Shown piece after piece: positions 45,999-55,055 of a stretch of 61,879 bases of DNA; within the stretch, counting starts at the first letter, position 1, and each line of letters opens with the position of its first letter. Below the pieces are notes generated by a model, which was not told the DNA's origin, did not search any database, and was given only the letters and a program-made list of their open reading frames with translations. Location: the IMG/VR virus record IMGVR_UViG_3300047508_000126, positions 1-61,879 of that record; one strand, 5' to 3'. The position numbers and the translations under genes are program-made. The DNA is from a virus. Taxonomy: Duplodnaviria; Caudoviricetes.

Positions 45999-46948
45999 TG
46001 ACCAAAGAATACACGCATGACAATGATGCCGAGATCGCGGCCCTTTACCTATCCGGTGAGACCGGTAAGGCGCTCGGGCGCCGGTTCGGCACCACCGATG
46101 TGACTGTCTTCAGGGCACTGGAGCGGCAGGGGATCCCCCGGCGGCCAGCTCACCCGCGGCTTGGCTGGGAAGCCACCGAAGACAATCGCCGGGCACTGGT
46201 CGCCGCGTATGAGGCCGGGGAATCTATCCGGGCCATAGCCAAACGCCTGCACACCAATTCAAGTCGGGTGATGCGGGTCCTGGACGAGTCCGGACTGGGC
46301 TGGCGCCACCCCGGCGGGAAACGCCGGTTCGGTGACGATGAGGCGGCAGAGTTTGCCCGCGCTTACCGGTCAGGTGAGAGCCTGACGCAGATCGCCCTCC
46401 AGCACGAGGTAAGCGCCAAGGTCGTCCGTGATTACCTGATCCGGTCCGGTGTCCAGATCCGCCCGCTAGGGGCGCCTGCGTTCTGGACGGACGAGCGGAA
46501 AGCCGAGGCGACCCGCCGGTACCAGGCCGGGGAGCAACTGCAGGACATAGCGAAGGTAATGGGCTGCGGAACCAGCACCCTGACGAGGACCCTCGTGGAG
46601 CTAGGCGTCCATGAGAAGCCGCCGAGGCGGAGCGGGGAGACCCATCATTCCTGGCAGGGCGGCCGGGTCGTCAGAGAAGACGGGTACGTCCAGGTCAGGG
46701 TGACTGACGCCGATCGTCACCTGGCGGATCCAGTCAGAAACGGCTACATGCTGGAGCACCGGCTGGTGATGGCCCGGATGCTCGGCCGCCGCCTGCTGCC
46801 CGGCGAGACGGTGCATCACATCGACAATGACCGGCAGCACAACGATCCCGGGAACCTCCAGCTGCGGCAGGGTAAGCACGGTAAGGGCGCTGTCTTCCGC
46901 TGTGCGTCCTGCGGGTCGCGCGATATCGAGGCCGTCGCCCTGACCTGA
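45998..46948 (+). CDS. free-standing HNH homing endonuclease with four N-terminal HTH repeats
   Basis: Y..GE....IA repeats; WQGGR...GY..EHRLVM...LGR.L...E.VHHID.DR..N...NL. Confidence 0.88.
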   Translation: MTKEYTHDNDAEIAALYLSGETGKALGRRFGTTDVTVFRALERQGIPRRPAHPRLGWEATEDNRRALVAAYEAGESIRAIAKRLHTNSSRVMRVLDESGLGWRHPGGKRRFGDDEAAEFARAYRSGESLTQIALQHEVSAKVVRDYLIRSGVQIRPLGAPAFWTDERKAEATRRYQAGEQLQDIAKVMGCGTSTLTRTLVELGVHEKPPRRSGETHHSWQGGRVVREDGYVQVRVTDADRHLADPVRNGYMLEHRLVMARMLGRRLLPGETVHHIDNDRQHNDPGNLQLRQGKHGKGAVFRCASCGSRDIEAVALT

Positions 46949-46972
46949 CGGCACGTAGACAAGGAGAACCCG

Positions 46973-47638
46973 GTGGGCGTGCGCGTGACCCTGCTGATCC
47001 TGGCCCGCCGCGCAGCCGGGCCCGCATGGGCGGTCACCGCGGAACTCGCCTGGCACCTCGCCGGGCAGGCGTGGGCGTTCACCGTCCTCGCCGCCGGCCT
47101 GGGCTGGCTCGCCACCCGGCTGCCCGCCGCAGTCGCCGCCGCGTCGTCGAAGGCGTACGCGGTCGAGGCGCGGGTCGACGGCCTCGTCCCCGCCGTCGCC
47201 AACGCGAAGGGCCTCGCGCAGACCGCCCAGTCCACCGCATCCACCGCCCAGTCCGCCGCGAACTCCGCGATGACCGTCGCGAACAATGCGCTGCCCAAAG
47301 GCGGCGGGACCGTCAGCGGGTCGCTCACCGTCAACGGCGACCTGAACGTCAACGGCACCCTGACCGGGTTCTCCAGCTTCGGCATCCACGGCAACGCGAC
47401 CATCCTGGGGACTCTCGGCGTGCAGTCCGACACGACACTCCAGACGCTGACCTCGGGGAACCTCGGCGTGCACGGCGGTGCGACCGTCACCGGCGGGCTG
47501 AATGCCGGCGGGGACATCAACGGGAACACGGTCACCGGCAGCTTCCTGGTGTCGAATAACTCGACGACTGTGTTTGGCGCCCTGGGTGTTCACGGGAACA
47601 CGACGATGCTGGGGAACCTGAACGGGCACACCCCGTAA
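46973..47638 (+). CDS. short tail fibre/spike-like protein
   Basis: coiled coil, LPKGGGTVSGSLTV motif, beta-helix-like LGVHG repeats. Confidence 0.65.
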   Translation: MGVRVTLLILARRAAGPAWAVTAELAWHLAGQAWAFTVLAAGLGWLATRLPAAVAAASSKAYAVEARVDGLVPAVANAKGLAQTAQSTASTAQSAANSAMTVANNALPKGGGTVSGSLTVNGDLNVNGTLTGFSSFGIHGNATILGTLGVQSDTTLQTLTSGNLGVHGGATVTGGLNAGGDINGNTVTGSFLVSNNSTTVFGALGVHGNTTMLGNLNGHTP

Positions 47639-47656
47639 GACGCCCGGGAGGGGGCC

Positions 47657-48421
47657 ATGAGCGAGACGCACCCGCCGGGGCAGGGCTGGTGGGTCACCCA
47701 GGACCCCACCGCCCTGACCAACTCAGCCGTGGACGCGGCCAAGGACGACCTCCGCCGCGAGCTCGCCAGCATGCAGCAGCTCCTGTCTGAGCGGATCCTG
47801 CGGACCGAGACGATCCTGCGGGACCTCGACATCCGCTCCAAGGCCGAGATCTCCGACAGCATCAACGCCCTCGAGGCGATCCTGTCCCAGCGGATCGCCG
47901 GGCTCGAGAAGATCCTGAAGCTCCTGGACACCGCGCTGAACCGGGGACCGGAACAGGCCGATGATCTCCGGGAACGGCTCCAGACCGACATCAAGATCGC
48001 CGTCGAAGGCCTCCGCCAGCTGCATGAGGAACGCTTCAACGCGATCCAGCAGCAGTTCAACGAACGCGACACGCGAGGCGACCAGGAGAAAAAGGCATCC
48101 AAGGAGGCACTCGACGCGGCGCTGCTCGCCCAGAAAGAATCGGTGGCGCAGCAGAACGACGCGAACACCACCGCCGCCGCGAAAACTGAGCTGAACTTCA
48201 CCAAGCAAAACGATCAGACTGCTGTCCTGATTTCCACCCTGGAGAAGAGCCTCTCGGATCGGCTGACCGAGCTGAAGGAGAGAATCGACCGGGGGGAAGG
48301 CAGCAACGCGGGCGCCGCTGGCACCCGCATCGACCAGCGGGCCAGCATCGGCACGATCATCGCGGCTGTCGCCACCCTCGTCGCCGTGATCAGCTTCGTG
48401 TTGTACGTCGTGAAGAAATAG
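47657..48421 (+). CDS. coiled-coil protein with C-terminal TM (lysis region)
   Basis: long heptad-rich region, terminal hydrophobic helix followed by KK. Confidence 0.75.
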   Translation: MSETHPPGQGWWVTQDPTALTNSAVDAAKDDLRRELASMQQLLSERILRTETILRDLDIRSKAEISDSINALEAILSQRIAGLEKILKLLDTALNRGPEQADDLRERLQTDIKIAVEGLRQLHEERFNAIQQQFNERDTRGDQEKKASKEALDAALLAQKESVAQQNDANTTAAAKTELNFTKQNDQTAVLISTLEKSLSDRLTELKERIDRGEGSNAGAAGTRIDQRASIGTIIAAVATLVAVISFVLYVVKK

Positions 48422-48540
48422 ACGAAGGCCGCGCCGAGGGGGTTGGCGCGGCCTCGCATCCCTTCCGATGTTGCGTGGCCCGCAATGGCGTACTTCTAGC
48501 GGAGCACGCCGCAGGCGTCCTGTAAAGAGGCGGAGGCCCA

Positions 48541-48849
48541 GTGGCACAGGTCGAACGCAAAGTCACGGCCAGCACGGGGGCGGCAGCGGTATCCGGGCTC
48601 GCGCTCTGGGCGCTTGGAACGTACGTGTTCAAAGGCGCTGTGCCGGATGTGGTGGTGTCCTGGACGTATGTGATCGTCCCGGCGGTGCTGACGTTCGCTG
48701 CGGGGTACCTCGCGAAGCACACGCCGCGGGGCGGCCCGGCCGTGCTGCCGGGCATCCCGTACGCGCCCGCATGGCCGCCCAAGACGCTGATCCCCCCGGA
48801 TCCGGCACCCCCGGCCGGGACACCGCAGCCTCCCGCCGCCCCGGAGTGA
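48541..48849 (+). CDS. holin
   Basis: VERKVTAST, two TM helices, AGYLAKHTPR; GGAGG RBS; upstream of the lysin. Confidence 0.75.
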   Translation: MAQVERKVTASTGAAAVSGLALWALGTYVFKGAVPDVVVSWTYVIVPAVLTFAAGYLAKHTPRGGPAVLPGIPYAPAWPPKTLIPPDPAPPAGTPQPPAAPE

Positions 48850-48934
48850 CCCGCCGCGGCGGGAGCCAGGCGGACACCACCCGATCCCTGCTGCCCCGGA
48901 CCCTGGCAGCCCTGGCCGCCTGAAGGGGGCTGCC

Positions 48935-49072
48935 ATGGCCTACTGCTGCCGCTGCGGCAACTGGGCCGCCCTCGAGCCGGACACTAAGATGTGCTGGCGC
49001 TGCCGTCTCGGCTGGCGGCCGTCCGCACCGGCAGGCCCCGACCTCGGAACCCGCAGGCAGCCGAGAGGCTAG
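48935..49072 (+). CDS. small Zn-finger peptide
   Basis: CCRCG...MCWRC, 45 aa. Confidence 0.4.
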   Translation: MAYCCRCGNWAALEPDTKMCWRCRLGWRPSAPAGPDLGTRRQPRG

Positions 49073-49353
49073 GGCTCCCAGTCCTGCAGGTAGTCTGGGT
49101 GATCGCTGTCGACGGCGGCGAGGTTCGGCAGCACGAAATCCTCATATTCCCGCGCCTGGTCCCTGGCCACCCCCGCCGGGTAGTCGTCGTCCTCCATCCG
49201 CGCCAGGGTGTCGGCGTACCGCGCCAGGATCATCCGCCCGGCATGGACCTCGCGGAGCACGCGAGCCCGGTTCTTAGCGGGCAGCCGGGCAACGCGGGCG
49301 AACTGCTCCTTCTCGTTGAGGCGGGCGTTCAGGAACGCCACTACGTCATCCAT
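49069..49353 (-). CDS. DUF6221-like protein (moron in the lysis cassette)
   Basis: MDD.VAFL.ARL.E...ARVLREV.A.R.IL...LA...DHPDY..DW.P. Confidence 0.75.
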   Translation of the reverse strand: MDDVVAFLNARLNEKEQFARVARLPAKNRARVLREVHAGRMILARYADTLARMEDDDYPAGVARDQAREYEDFVLPNLAAVDSDHPDYLQDWEP

Positions 49354-49391
49354 GCCGTCATCGTCTCACCCGCCGCGTCGTTAGGAGCCCT

Positions 49392-50156
49392 ATGACGATC
49401 GCCACCACCACAGTCTGCGACGCCATCAGGACCAATATCAGCCACCTCCCCAAAGGCCCCGCCGCCGGCTACACAACCGGCTCCGGGCCGGTGCCGTGGG
49501 GTCCGGCTGACTGGCGGGCGCACCCCGGCGCGGTCCGCATCTGCCAGGACCCCTCCGCCAGCGACACCACCGCCGACGTACTTGACGTCGAGGCAGGCGC
49601 TGCGACCATCCGTGTCGCCGCGCCCTGGGCTGAGGCCGCCGCCACCAACGTCGCCAGCGGCCGCAGACCCGGGCAGCGGCACCCCGCCGTCTACATGAGC
49701 CTCGCCAGCGTCACCCCCGTCGTCAACGCGCTGGCCGCCGGCGGGATCAGCTCCGGCGTGTCCCTGTGGGTGGCGAACTGGAACCTCACCTCCGCTGAGG
49801 CCACCGCGCTCGTCCAGCACGCTGGCGGCCCCTTCCCCATCGTGGCCGTCCAGTACCGCAACGCCGGCCTGTACGACGTCAGCGTGTTCAGCAAGCCGTG
49901 GCTGTCGGCCGTCTCCGGCGACCCGCCCGCACCGCCCCCGGCGAAGTTCCACGGCGAATGGGTCACCAAGGGGGAACTGTCCCTCGCCCAGCTCGCCGCC
50001 ACGTTCAGCCTGAAACCATCCACCCTGCTCCGCGAGACTGCCGTGCACTACGGCCAGTTCGGGCCCGAGCTCGCCGGGTACATCAACGCGGTCCACGACG
50101 GCACCCTGCGCGTCTCGTCACCGCTCCCGGCGGGTAGCAAACTGTGGGTGGACTGA
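49392..50156 (+). CDS. endolysin, GH25-like muramidase
   Basis: N-terminal Asp, LDVE motif, PAVY, LWVANW, AVQY, YDVS; adjacent to the holin. Confidence 0.7.
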   Translation: MTIATTTVCDAIRTNISHLPKGPAAGYTTGSGPVPWGPADWRAHPGAVRICQDPSASDTTADVLDVEAGAATIRVAAPWAEAAATNVASGRRPGQRHPAVYMSLASVTPVVNALAAGGISSGVSLWVANWNLTSAEATALVQHAGGPFPIVAVQYRNAGLYDVSVFSKPWLSAVSGDPPAPPPAKFHGEWVTKGELSLAQLAATFSLKPSTLLRETAVHYGQFGPELAGYINAVHDGTLRVSSPLPAGSKLWVD

Positions 50157-50236
50157 CAGGAGGCGACTGAGGTGAGACGACGGAACCAGCCCGAAACCCG
50201 GCACTGCGACGGCGGCGCATTACCAGCGAACAACGG

Positions 50237-50273
50237 GACCGGCCCGGGAGGCATCACGCCCCCGGGCCGGTTT
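50237..50273. terminator. hairpin between the convergent late and recombinase operons
   Basis: ACCGGCCCGGG...CCCGGGCCGGT followed by TT. Confidence 0.6.
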
Positions 50274-50281
50274 CCGCATGT

Positions 50282-50461
50282 TCAGGGGCCGGGGACTTCC
50301 TTGACGCCGAGGAACTGCAGGGGCGTCCGCTTGCCGGGATCGGTCCACCCGCAGCGCGGACAGGGGTTCTGCACCCCGTCGTGCGGGCAGTGGTTCGTGA
50401 TCCGCGAGTGGCCGCAGGCCGGGCAGGTGTACGGGTAGTCGAACGGGCAGTCGCAGTTCAT
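50282..50461 (-). CDS. small Zn-ribbon protein
   Basis: CPACGH...CPH...CPRCG; TGATG overlap with the recombinase stop. Confidence 0.55.
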   Translation of the reverse strand: MNCDCPFDYPYTCPACGHSRITNHCPHDGVQNPCPRCGWTDPGKRTPLQFLGVKEVPGP

Positions 50462-51456
50462 CAGGTGTCCTTTCTGGAGCCGAACCGGGTGGCGAGGACG
50501 TGGGCGGGGTGCCGGTCGAGGTTGTGGCGGGACCGGTCGTAGCGGCGGGTGGTGCGCGGGTCGGCGTGTCCCATGGCGTCCTGAAGGTCGCGGAGGTTCC
50601 CGCCGGCGTCGAGGTAGTCGGTGGCGAACGTGTGCCGCAGCGAGTGGGGTGACAGGTCCGGGGCGGCGGGGATGCCGGCGTTGCGGGCGAGGCGGCGTAC
50701 GAGGTCGTACAGGTACGGTTCGCTGAGCCTGCGGCCGGTGCGGGTGACGAACAGCAGCCCCCGGGCGGGGTTCCCCCGGGCGGCGAGGTAGGTGTCGAGG
50801 GCGTCACCGAGCGCGGGGACGATGGGGACCTTGCGGACCTTGCCGCCTTTCATGCGGACGGTCAGGGTGCGGTACCCCCGGTCATGGCCGAGATCCGTGA
50901 TGTTGGCGGTGAGCGCGGACCCGCAGCGGAGACCGCCGTACAGCAGGAGGCGGATGAGGGCGGACGAGCGGGGCCCGTCAGCGTCGGCGGCCTGGCACAG
51001 CCGGTCGGCCTCGGCGGTGGACAGGCCGACGGTCTCGGAGTTGTCGGGGTCGATGATGGGCCGGCCGTCGGTGTCGGCAGGGTTGGTGAACGCGAGCGGG
51101 CGGGGGTCGTCTTTGGTGTTGCGGTAGAGGTATTTGTACCAGGATGAGACGGCGGCGACCCTGCGGGCGATGCTGGCCTCGGCGGCGGGGCGGCCGTCGC
51201 CGCGGACGCCGTCCTGCCGCTGGGTGGCGATCCAGGCGTCCATGTGCATCATCCGGGCGGCCATCGGGCTGACGTGACAGTGGTCGCACCACCGCCACCA
51301 GTGGCCGAGATCCTGGCGGTACTCGCGCTGGGTGTTAGGGCTGCGCCGGGCGAGCCACGCGGCGGTGAGTGCCCTGATCCGGTCGGCGTCATCCGGCCAC
51401 GCGACGCCAACGTCAACGGCGGGGAGGACACGCCCGGACAGCTCAAGGTCAGTCAC
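50461..51456 (-). CDS. tyrosine recombinase (XerC/D-like integrase or resolvase)
   Basis: SPNT...Y SAM-like domain; catalytic GLR, KGGK, HSLRH, MGH, RRYD; no clear arm-binding domain. Confidence 0.93.
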   Translation of the reverse strand: MTDLELSGRVLPAVDVGVAWPDDADRIRALTAAWLARRSPNTQREYRQDLGHWWRWCDHCHVSPMAARMMHMDAWIATQRQDGVRGDGRPAAEASIARRVAAVSSWYKYLYRNTKDDPRPLAFTNPADTDGRPIIDPDNSETVGLSTAEADRLCQAADADGPRSSALIRLLLYGGLRCGSALTANITDLGHDRGYRTLTVRMKGGKVRKVPIVPALGDALDTYLAARGNPARGLLFVTRTGRRLSEPYLYDLVRRLARNAGIPAAPDLSPHSLRHTFATDYLDAGGNLRDLQDAMGHADPRTTRRYDRSRHNLDRHPAHVLATRFGSRKDT

Positions 51457-51605
51457 GGCTTCCACTCGGAGTGGCTCGCGTCTAGGTGGCAGTTGCACTC
51501 GCACCTGCGCGACGAGCAGGTGCCGCATTCACCGCGAGCGCACGCGGCAGACAGGGTGAGGCAGCAGCCCGGCAGGTGGATGCCGATGCGGTGCAGAATG
51601 CCCAT
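51453..51605 (-). CDS. small Cys-rich protein
   Basis: MGILHRIG...CECNCH; GTGA overlap with the recombinase. Confidence 0.4.
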   Translation of the reverse strand: MGILHRIGIHLPGCCLTLSAACARGECGTCSSRRCECNCHLDASHSEWKP

Positions 51606-51877
51606 AACCCGGGGCCAACGACCGTGACGCGGACTCGACCCCGGCGAGCCATCAGGGATTGATCCGGGCCGTGCACGGCGGGGTCGTAGTCTTCCGGGTC
51701 GACGCCGCCGCATGTCAGGCACATGTCTCCCTGGATGAGGCACGGGCTGCCGGGCCAGAACGCGGGACCGTGCATGCCGGGGTTCAGTGCTAGCCACGTG
51801 GTGAGGTAGCTGTCGTAGGCGTCTAGTTCGCACGGGACCGGGTGAACCGGCACGTAGTCCGGGAACAGGTCAGTCAT
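51482..51877 (-). CDS. hypothetical protein (3' end uncertain)
   Basis: MTDLFPDYVPVHPVPCELD...; overlaps the next ORF. Confidence 0.4.
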   Translation of the reverse strand: MTDLFPDYVPVHPVPCELDAYDSYLTTWLALNPGMHGPAFWPGSPCLIQGDMCLTCGGVDPEDYDPAVHGPDQSLMARRGRVRVTVVGPGLWAFCTASASTCRAAASPCLPRALAVNAAPARRAGASATAT

Positions 51878-52058
51878 GGTGGACGGCACATGCCGGGTTC
51901 TGCTCGATCAGGTGCCATCCTCCGCCGTCGAACCACGCCGGGCAGATGCAGCCCTCGGCGGCGAGGTTCCGGCCGGGAGCGTAATGATGCCGGCAGCCGG
52001 GCAGTTCGCAGCCGGATTCAGACGTTGCGGAGGCGAGGGCTATCTTAGCGTCATTCAT
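51870..52058 (-). CDS. small Cys-rich protein
   Basis: GGAGG RBS; GCICP...CAVH. Confidence 0.5.
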   Translation of the reverse strand: MNDAKIALASATSESGCELPGCRHHYAPGRNLAAEGCICPAWFDGGGWHLIEQNPACAVHHD

Positions 52059-52087
52059 GTTTTCCTCCAGTGTTAAGAGGGTGGCTG

Positions 52088-52276
52088 ATGCTTGTGTCTT
52101 GGGGCTGGGACGAGCCGGTTAAGTGCGCCGAGCATGGCTTGCTTACGAACGAACCGCTGGAGACCCACGACGCGGGAATCGTGGCGCTCAAGCATCTGCG
52201 TGACGTGCACGGCATGAGCGCGGAGAGTGCCGACGGTGCAATCGCGAAGGTGGAAGCCCACCAGGCCCAGACATAG
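52088..52276 (+). CDS. small hypothetical protein
   Basis: C..H...H....H motif; its 3' end overlaps a convergent ORF. Confidence 0.4.
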   Translation: MLVSWGWDEPVKCAEHGLLTNEPLETHDAGIVALKHLRDVHGMSAESADGAIAKVEAHQAQT

Positions 52277-52430
52277 GCTCGACGTCCGCATGCATTGCAC
52301 ACCACTCATGCTCGCCGATGTGCTCGTGGATGCATCCGGCGGTGATGATCTCGACGACCGGCATCGGGCACGGGCGGCGGTCGATCCGGTCGGAACCGCT
52401 GAAAGCGGTATAGCCGTCACAGGTTTTCAT
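52188..52430 (-). CDS. small Cys/His protein
   Basis: ATG 6 nt after a TAGACT -10 box; GCIHEH...C..H. Confidence 0.45.
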   Translation of the reverse strand: MKTCDGYTAFSGSDRIDRRPCPMPVVEIITAGCIHEHIGEHEWCAMHADVEPMSGPGGLPPSRLHRRHSPRSCRARHADA

Positions 52431-52483
52431 GCCTATAGTCTAACGTGCATTATCCCGTACCTTCGGGCGGCGCGCTTACCGGA

Positions 52484-52534
52484 TACTTGACGGCTACTTG
52501 ACAGGCCCCCCCTTGTGATGTAGAGTGATGCACA
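52484..52534 (+). promoter_or_regulatory. consensus housekeeping-sigma promoter, leaderless
   Basis: TTGACA (52498-52503), 17 bp, TAGAGT (52521-52526), ATG 7 nt later; tandem TACTTGAC x2. Confidence 0.8.
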
Positions 52535-52677
52535 TGGATGAACTACGGAGCGAGCGGTTCTCCGTCAGCCTCACCCCGTCCGCGCTGGCGAAGCTGGACG
52601 CCTACGCGGCGGAGCACCGCTGGACACGAAGCACCGCAGCCGCCGACCTGATCGAGCGCGGACTGGAAGAGGACTGA
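52534..52677 (+). CDS. CopG-like ribbon-helix-helix protein
   Basis: RFSVSLTPSALAKLDAYAAEHRWTRSTAAADLIERGL. Confidence 0.8.
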   Translation: MDELRSERFSVSLTPSALAKLDAYAAEHRWTRSTAAADLIERGLEED

Positions 52678-52680
52678 CCC

Positions 52681-53115
52681 ATGCCCGATGTGACCCACGA
52701 CCCCCGCGCCGAATCGCGCATCGTATCGTTCGACCTGATACCCAAAGACCCCGACTACTACTTCGTCCTGACCGAGGCGCTCCGCGAGTTCGCCGCCCGC
52801 CAGCACGCCGAAGCCGAGGATGAGGCCGAGACCGATCCGGCGGAGTCACGCTGGCGGTGGGCCAAGACCGCCGAGGCGATGCTCGACCAGATCGAGAAAA
52901 CACTGAGCGCGCCCGCCGCGGTGCCTGATGACCTGACCGCCTTTGAGTACGCCTCCGAAGAAGTAGGCGAGGCGTTCACCGAATGGTGCGGCAGCGAAGG
53001 CATCGAAGCGCGCGACGACCAGGAGTACCGGGTGATACGTAGCGCCTTCACGGCGGGCATGAACGAGGTAAGCAGGTACGTCCGGTTCCGCGAGATCATC
53101 GGGAAGGAGTCATGA
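52681..53115 (+). CDS. acidic hypothetical protein
   Basis: 144-aa ORF co-transcribed with the RHH gene. Confidence 0.65.
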   Translation: MPDVTHDPRAESRIVSFDLIPKDPDYYFVLTEALREFAARQHAEAEDEAETDPAESRWRWAKTAEAMLDQIEKTLSAPAAVPDDLTAFEYASEEVGEAFTEWCGSEGIEARDDQEYRVIRSAFTAGMNEVSRYVRFREIIGKES

Positions 53116-53208
53116 CCAACCCATGATCTGGCGTGTCCGGCTGGTCTGCATTATCCCGCGTTCCCCGTCCCTGACTGCCCGAGCCGCTAGCAGCACTAGC
53201 CTTGTCTC

Positions 53209-53439
53209 GTGCGTCCCTCCGACCTCGCCACCGCCAACCGCACCCGCGCCGAGCTCCACTCGGGAGCCGCCCGGAAGCAGCGGGAAGCAGCCGGAGTCAC
53301 CATGGCAGACATCGCTAGGGTCCTCGGCGTCACCAAACAGGCCGTCCACTACTGGGAGACCTACAAGTCCGTCCCCACCGTCGAGCACGCCCTCGCCTAC
53401 GGCCGCCTCCTCACCGCACTCACCCGGAAAGCCGCCTAG
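53209..53439 (+). CDS. XRE-family HTH protein
   Basis: REAAGVTMADIARVLGVTKQAVHYWET; GTG 6 nt after TAGCCT. Confidence 0.82.
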   Translation: MRPSDLATANRTRAELHSGAARKQREAAGVTMADIARVLGVTKQAVHYWETYKSVPTVEHALAYGRLLTALTRKAA

Positions 53440-53442
53440 CGC

Positions 53443-53970
53443 CTACGGGAAGTTCAGCCTCGCGAAAGCACCGAAGAACTCGCGTGCCGCAGCGTCATAG
53501 GCACGGGCAGCATCGTCCTCGTCAGCGAAGTACCCGAGATGCTTATAGTGGCCATTCTGTGTCATGTAAGCGCGCCATCTTCCGGCGGGCTTAAACCAGC
53601 CCACGCCCTTCCATCGCGAGGAGACAACTCGGCCGTCATGGGACCGGGCTTTGCGGCGGTTTCCCTGGTTCTGCCTGCCGGTGGCGGCCCGCAGGTTCGA
53701 CCGCTGATTGTTCAGGCCGTCGGTGTCTTCATGGTCGACATTGGAAGCGCCGGGCATCAGCAGCTGGTGCATCCACACGATGCGAGTGCGTCCGTCGTCA
53801 CGCGGCACGCTCGTGAAGGCGTACGGGCCGATCTTGCGCTGCCCATTCGAGCGCTGACGTTCCTGTACATTCCAGCGGTGCTGCATGACCAGCTCATAGT
53901 CGGCGTCATCAACCATGGCTACCCGCCCAGCCGCGACCTTGCCGTACAGCGGTACTGTCTTCACAGCCAC
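53443..53970 (-). CDS. HNH-AP2 homing endonuclease
   Basis: MH..L...VDH.D.DGLNNQRSNLR.AT..QN plus AP2 domain KGV.W...WRA....HLGYF...AARAYD.AA...FG.FA.LNFP. Confidence 0.92.
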   Translation of the reverse strand: MAVKTVPLYGKVAAGRVAMVDDADYELVMQHRWNVQERQRSNGQRKIGPYAFTSVPRDDGRTRIVWMHQLLMPGASNVDHEDTDGLNNQRSNLRAATGRQNQGNRRKARSHDGRVVSSRWKGVGWFKPAGRWRAYMTQNGHYKHLGYFADEDDAARAYDAAAREFFGAFARLNFP

Positions 53971-54047
53971 TCCTAGCTAGTGGTCAGGTCCGGGAGCAAC
54001 GGCGTTCCAGCGCCGCCCGGGCCGTTCTATTCTACCTGGTCAGATGA

Positions 54048-54080
54048 CTCAGCCCCGGCATGGAGAAGGCCGGGGCTGAG
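54048..54080 (-). terminator. hairpin downstream of the secreted-protein gene
   Basis: 12-bp IR CTCAGCCCCGGC / GCCGGGGCTGAG, flanked by a GGTCAGATGA direct repeat. Confidence 0.55.
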
Positions 54081-54101
54081 CGGAGAAGCTAGGTCAGATG
54101 A

Positions 54102-54941
54102 TCAGGGGCATAGCTGGTATGAGCCGACGTTCAGCAGGTCCGCCGGGTGGGTGCACCCCAAGACCGTCCACTCTTCCCACAGCGCGTCATGCCCCGGGAA
54201 CGCCAGCAGCCGCGACCCCGCACCCCCAGCACCCTGGATGTCGAGCACGTAGTCCACGTTGAACTTGTTCCGCAGGCTCGTGTTGATCAGCTCGAGGCCG
54301 TTCGACCCGATCGCGGGGGCCCATAGCTGCCACCGGTTCGCGTGGCTGAACGTGACGGCGTTCTCGGTGGGGGCGGCGGCGGTGTCGGTGCCGATGGTGA
54401 AGCTGCCGTTCGTGTTGCAGTTCCGGAGGACGGCGGCCCAGCGGAGCGCGCCGTGCGGGCCGACCGGCTGCTGGGTGACGGATACGCAGAAGTCGGTGGC
54501 GCCCGCGGTGAACGTCTCGCCGGGGGCGGGCTGCGACACGCCCGTCGGGCCGGAGACGTGGGTCCAGGACTGGATGTGGCCGAGGGGCGTGTACATGGCG
54601 ACGTACCGGCCGAGGTTGCCGGGGCCGCCGGTGATCGCGCCGGACAGCGCGAACACGGTGAAGTCCTCGCGGCTGTTGCCCTGAGAGTCGGCCTGGACGC
54701 CGACGGGGCTGTTGTAGTAGTTGCCGCTGGCGGTGCCGGTGCCGAGGACGGCCATGTCGAGAGTGCCGTGGGCGGTGTAGGCGGACTGGGCGCCGCCGCA
54801 TCCGATGGGGACGGTGACCGCCCCGGCGAGGTGGGTGCAGGTGAGGGTGGTCGCTCCGGCGCCGGTGGCCAGGCCGGCTGCGGCCAGGAGCCCGGCGGCG
54901 GCCGCGACGGCGGCACCCCAGATGGTGGTACGTCTGCGCAT
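54102..54941 (-). CDS. secreted protein, possibly ricin-type beta-trefoil
   Basis: signal peptide MRRRT..AGA; paired Cys; L.NC, QLW, VLDI, EEW motifs. Confidence 0.7.
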   Translation of the reverse strand: MRRRTTIWGAAVAAAAGLLAAAGLATGAGATTLTCTHLAGAVTVPIGCGGAQSAYTAHGTLDMAVLGTGTASGNYYNSPVGVQADSQGNSREDFTVFALSGAITGGPGNLGRYVAMYTPLGHIQSWTHVSGPTGVSQPAPGETFTAGATDFCVSVTQQPVGPHGALRWAAVLRNCNTNGSFTIGTDTAAAPTENAVTFSHANRWQLWAPAIGSNGLELINTSLRNKFNVDYVLDIQGAGGAGSRLLAFPGHDALWEEWTVLGCTHPADLLNVGSYQLCP

Positions 54942-55055
54942 TGCGGGTACTCCCGGTGTGTGGGGTTGTGTCAGGTTCCGGGGGTACCGTACCGCAACCG
55001 GGGTATCCCCCGGTTAGACGCGCCGGGATGTGTCCAGGTTGACACCCGCCGCTGG

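Noticed and set aside
48421-48540. tRNA gene or tRNA-derived attP in intergenic hairpins
   Set aside because: No cloverleaf or T-arm GTTC motif found here or near the recombinase; only simple hairpins.
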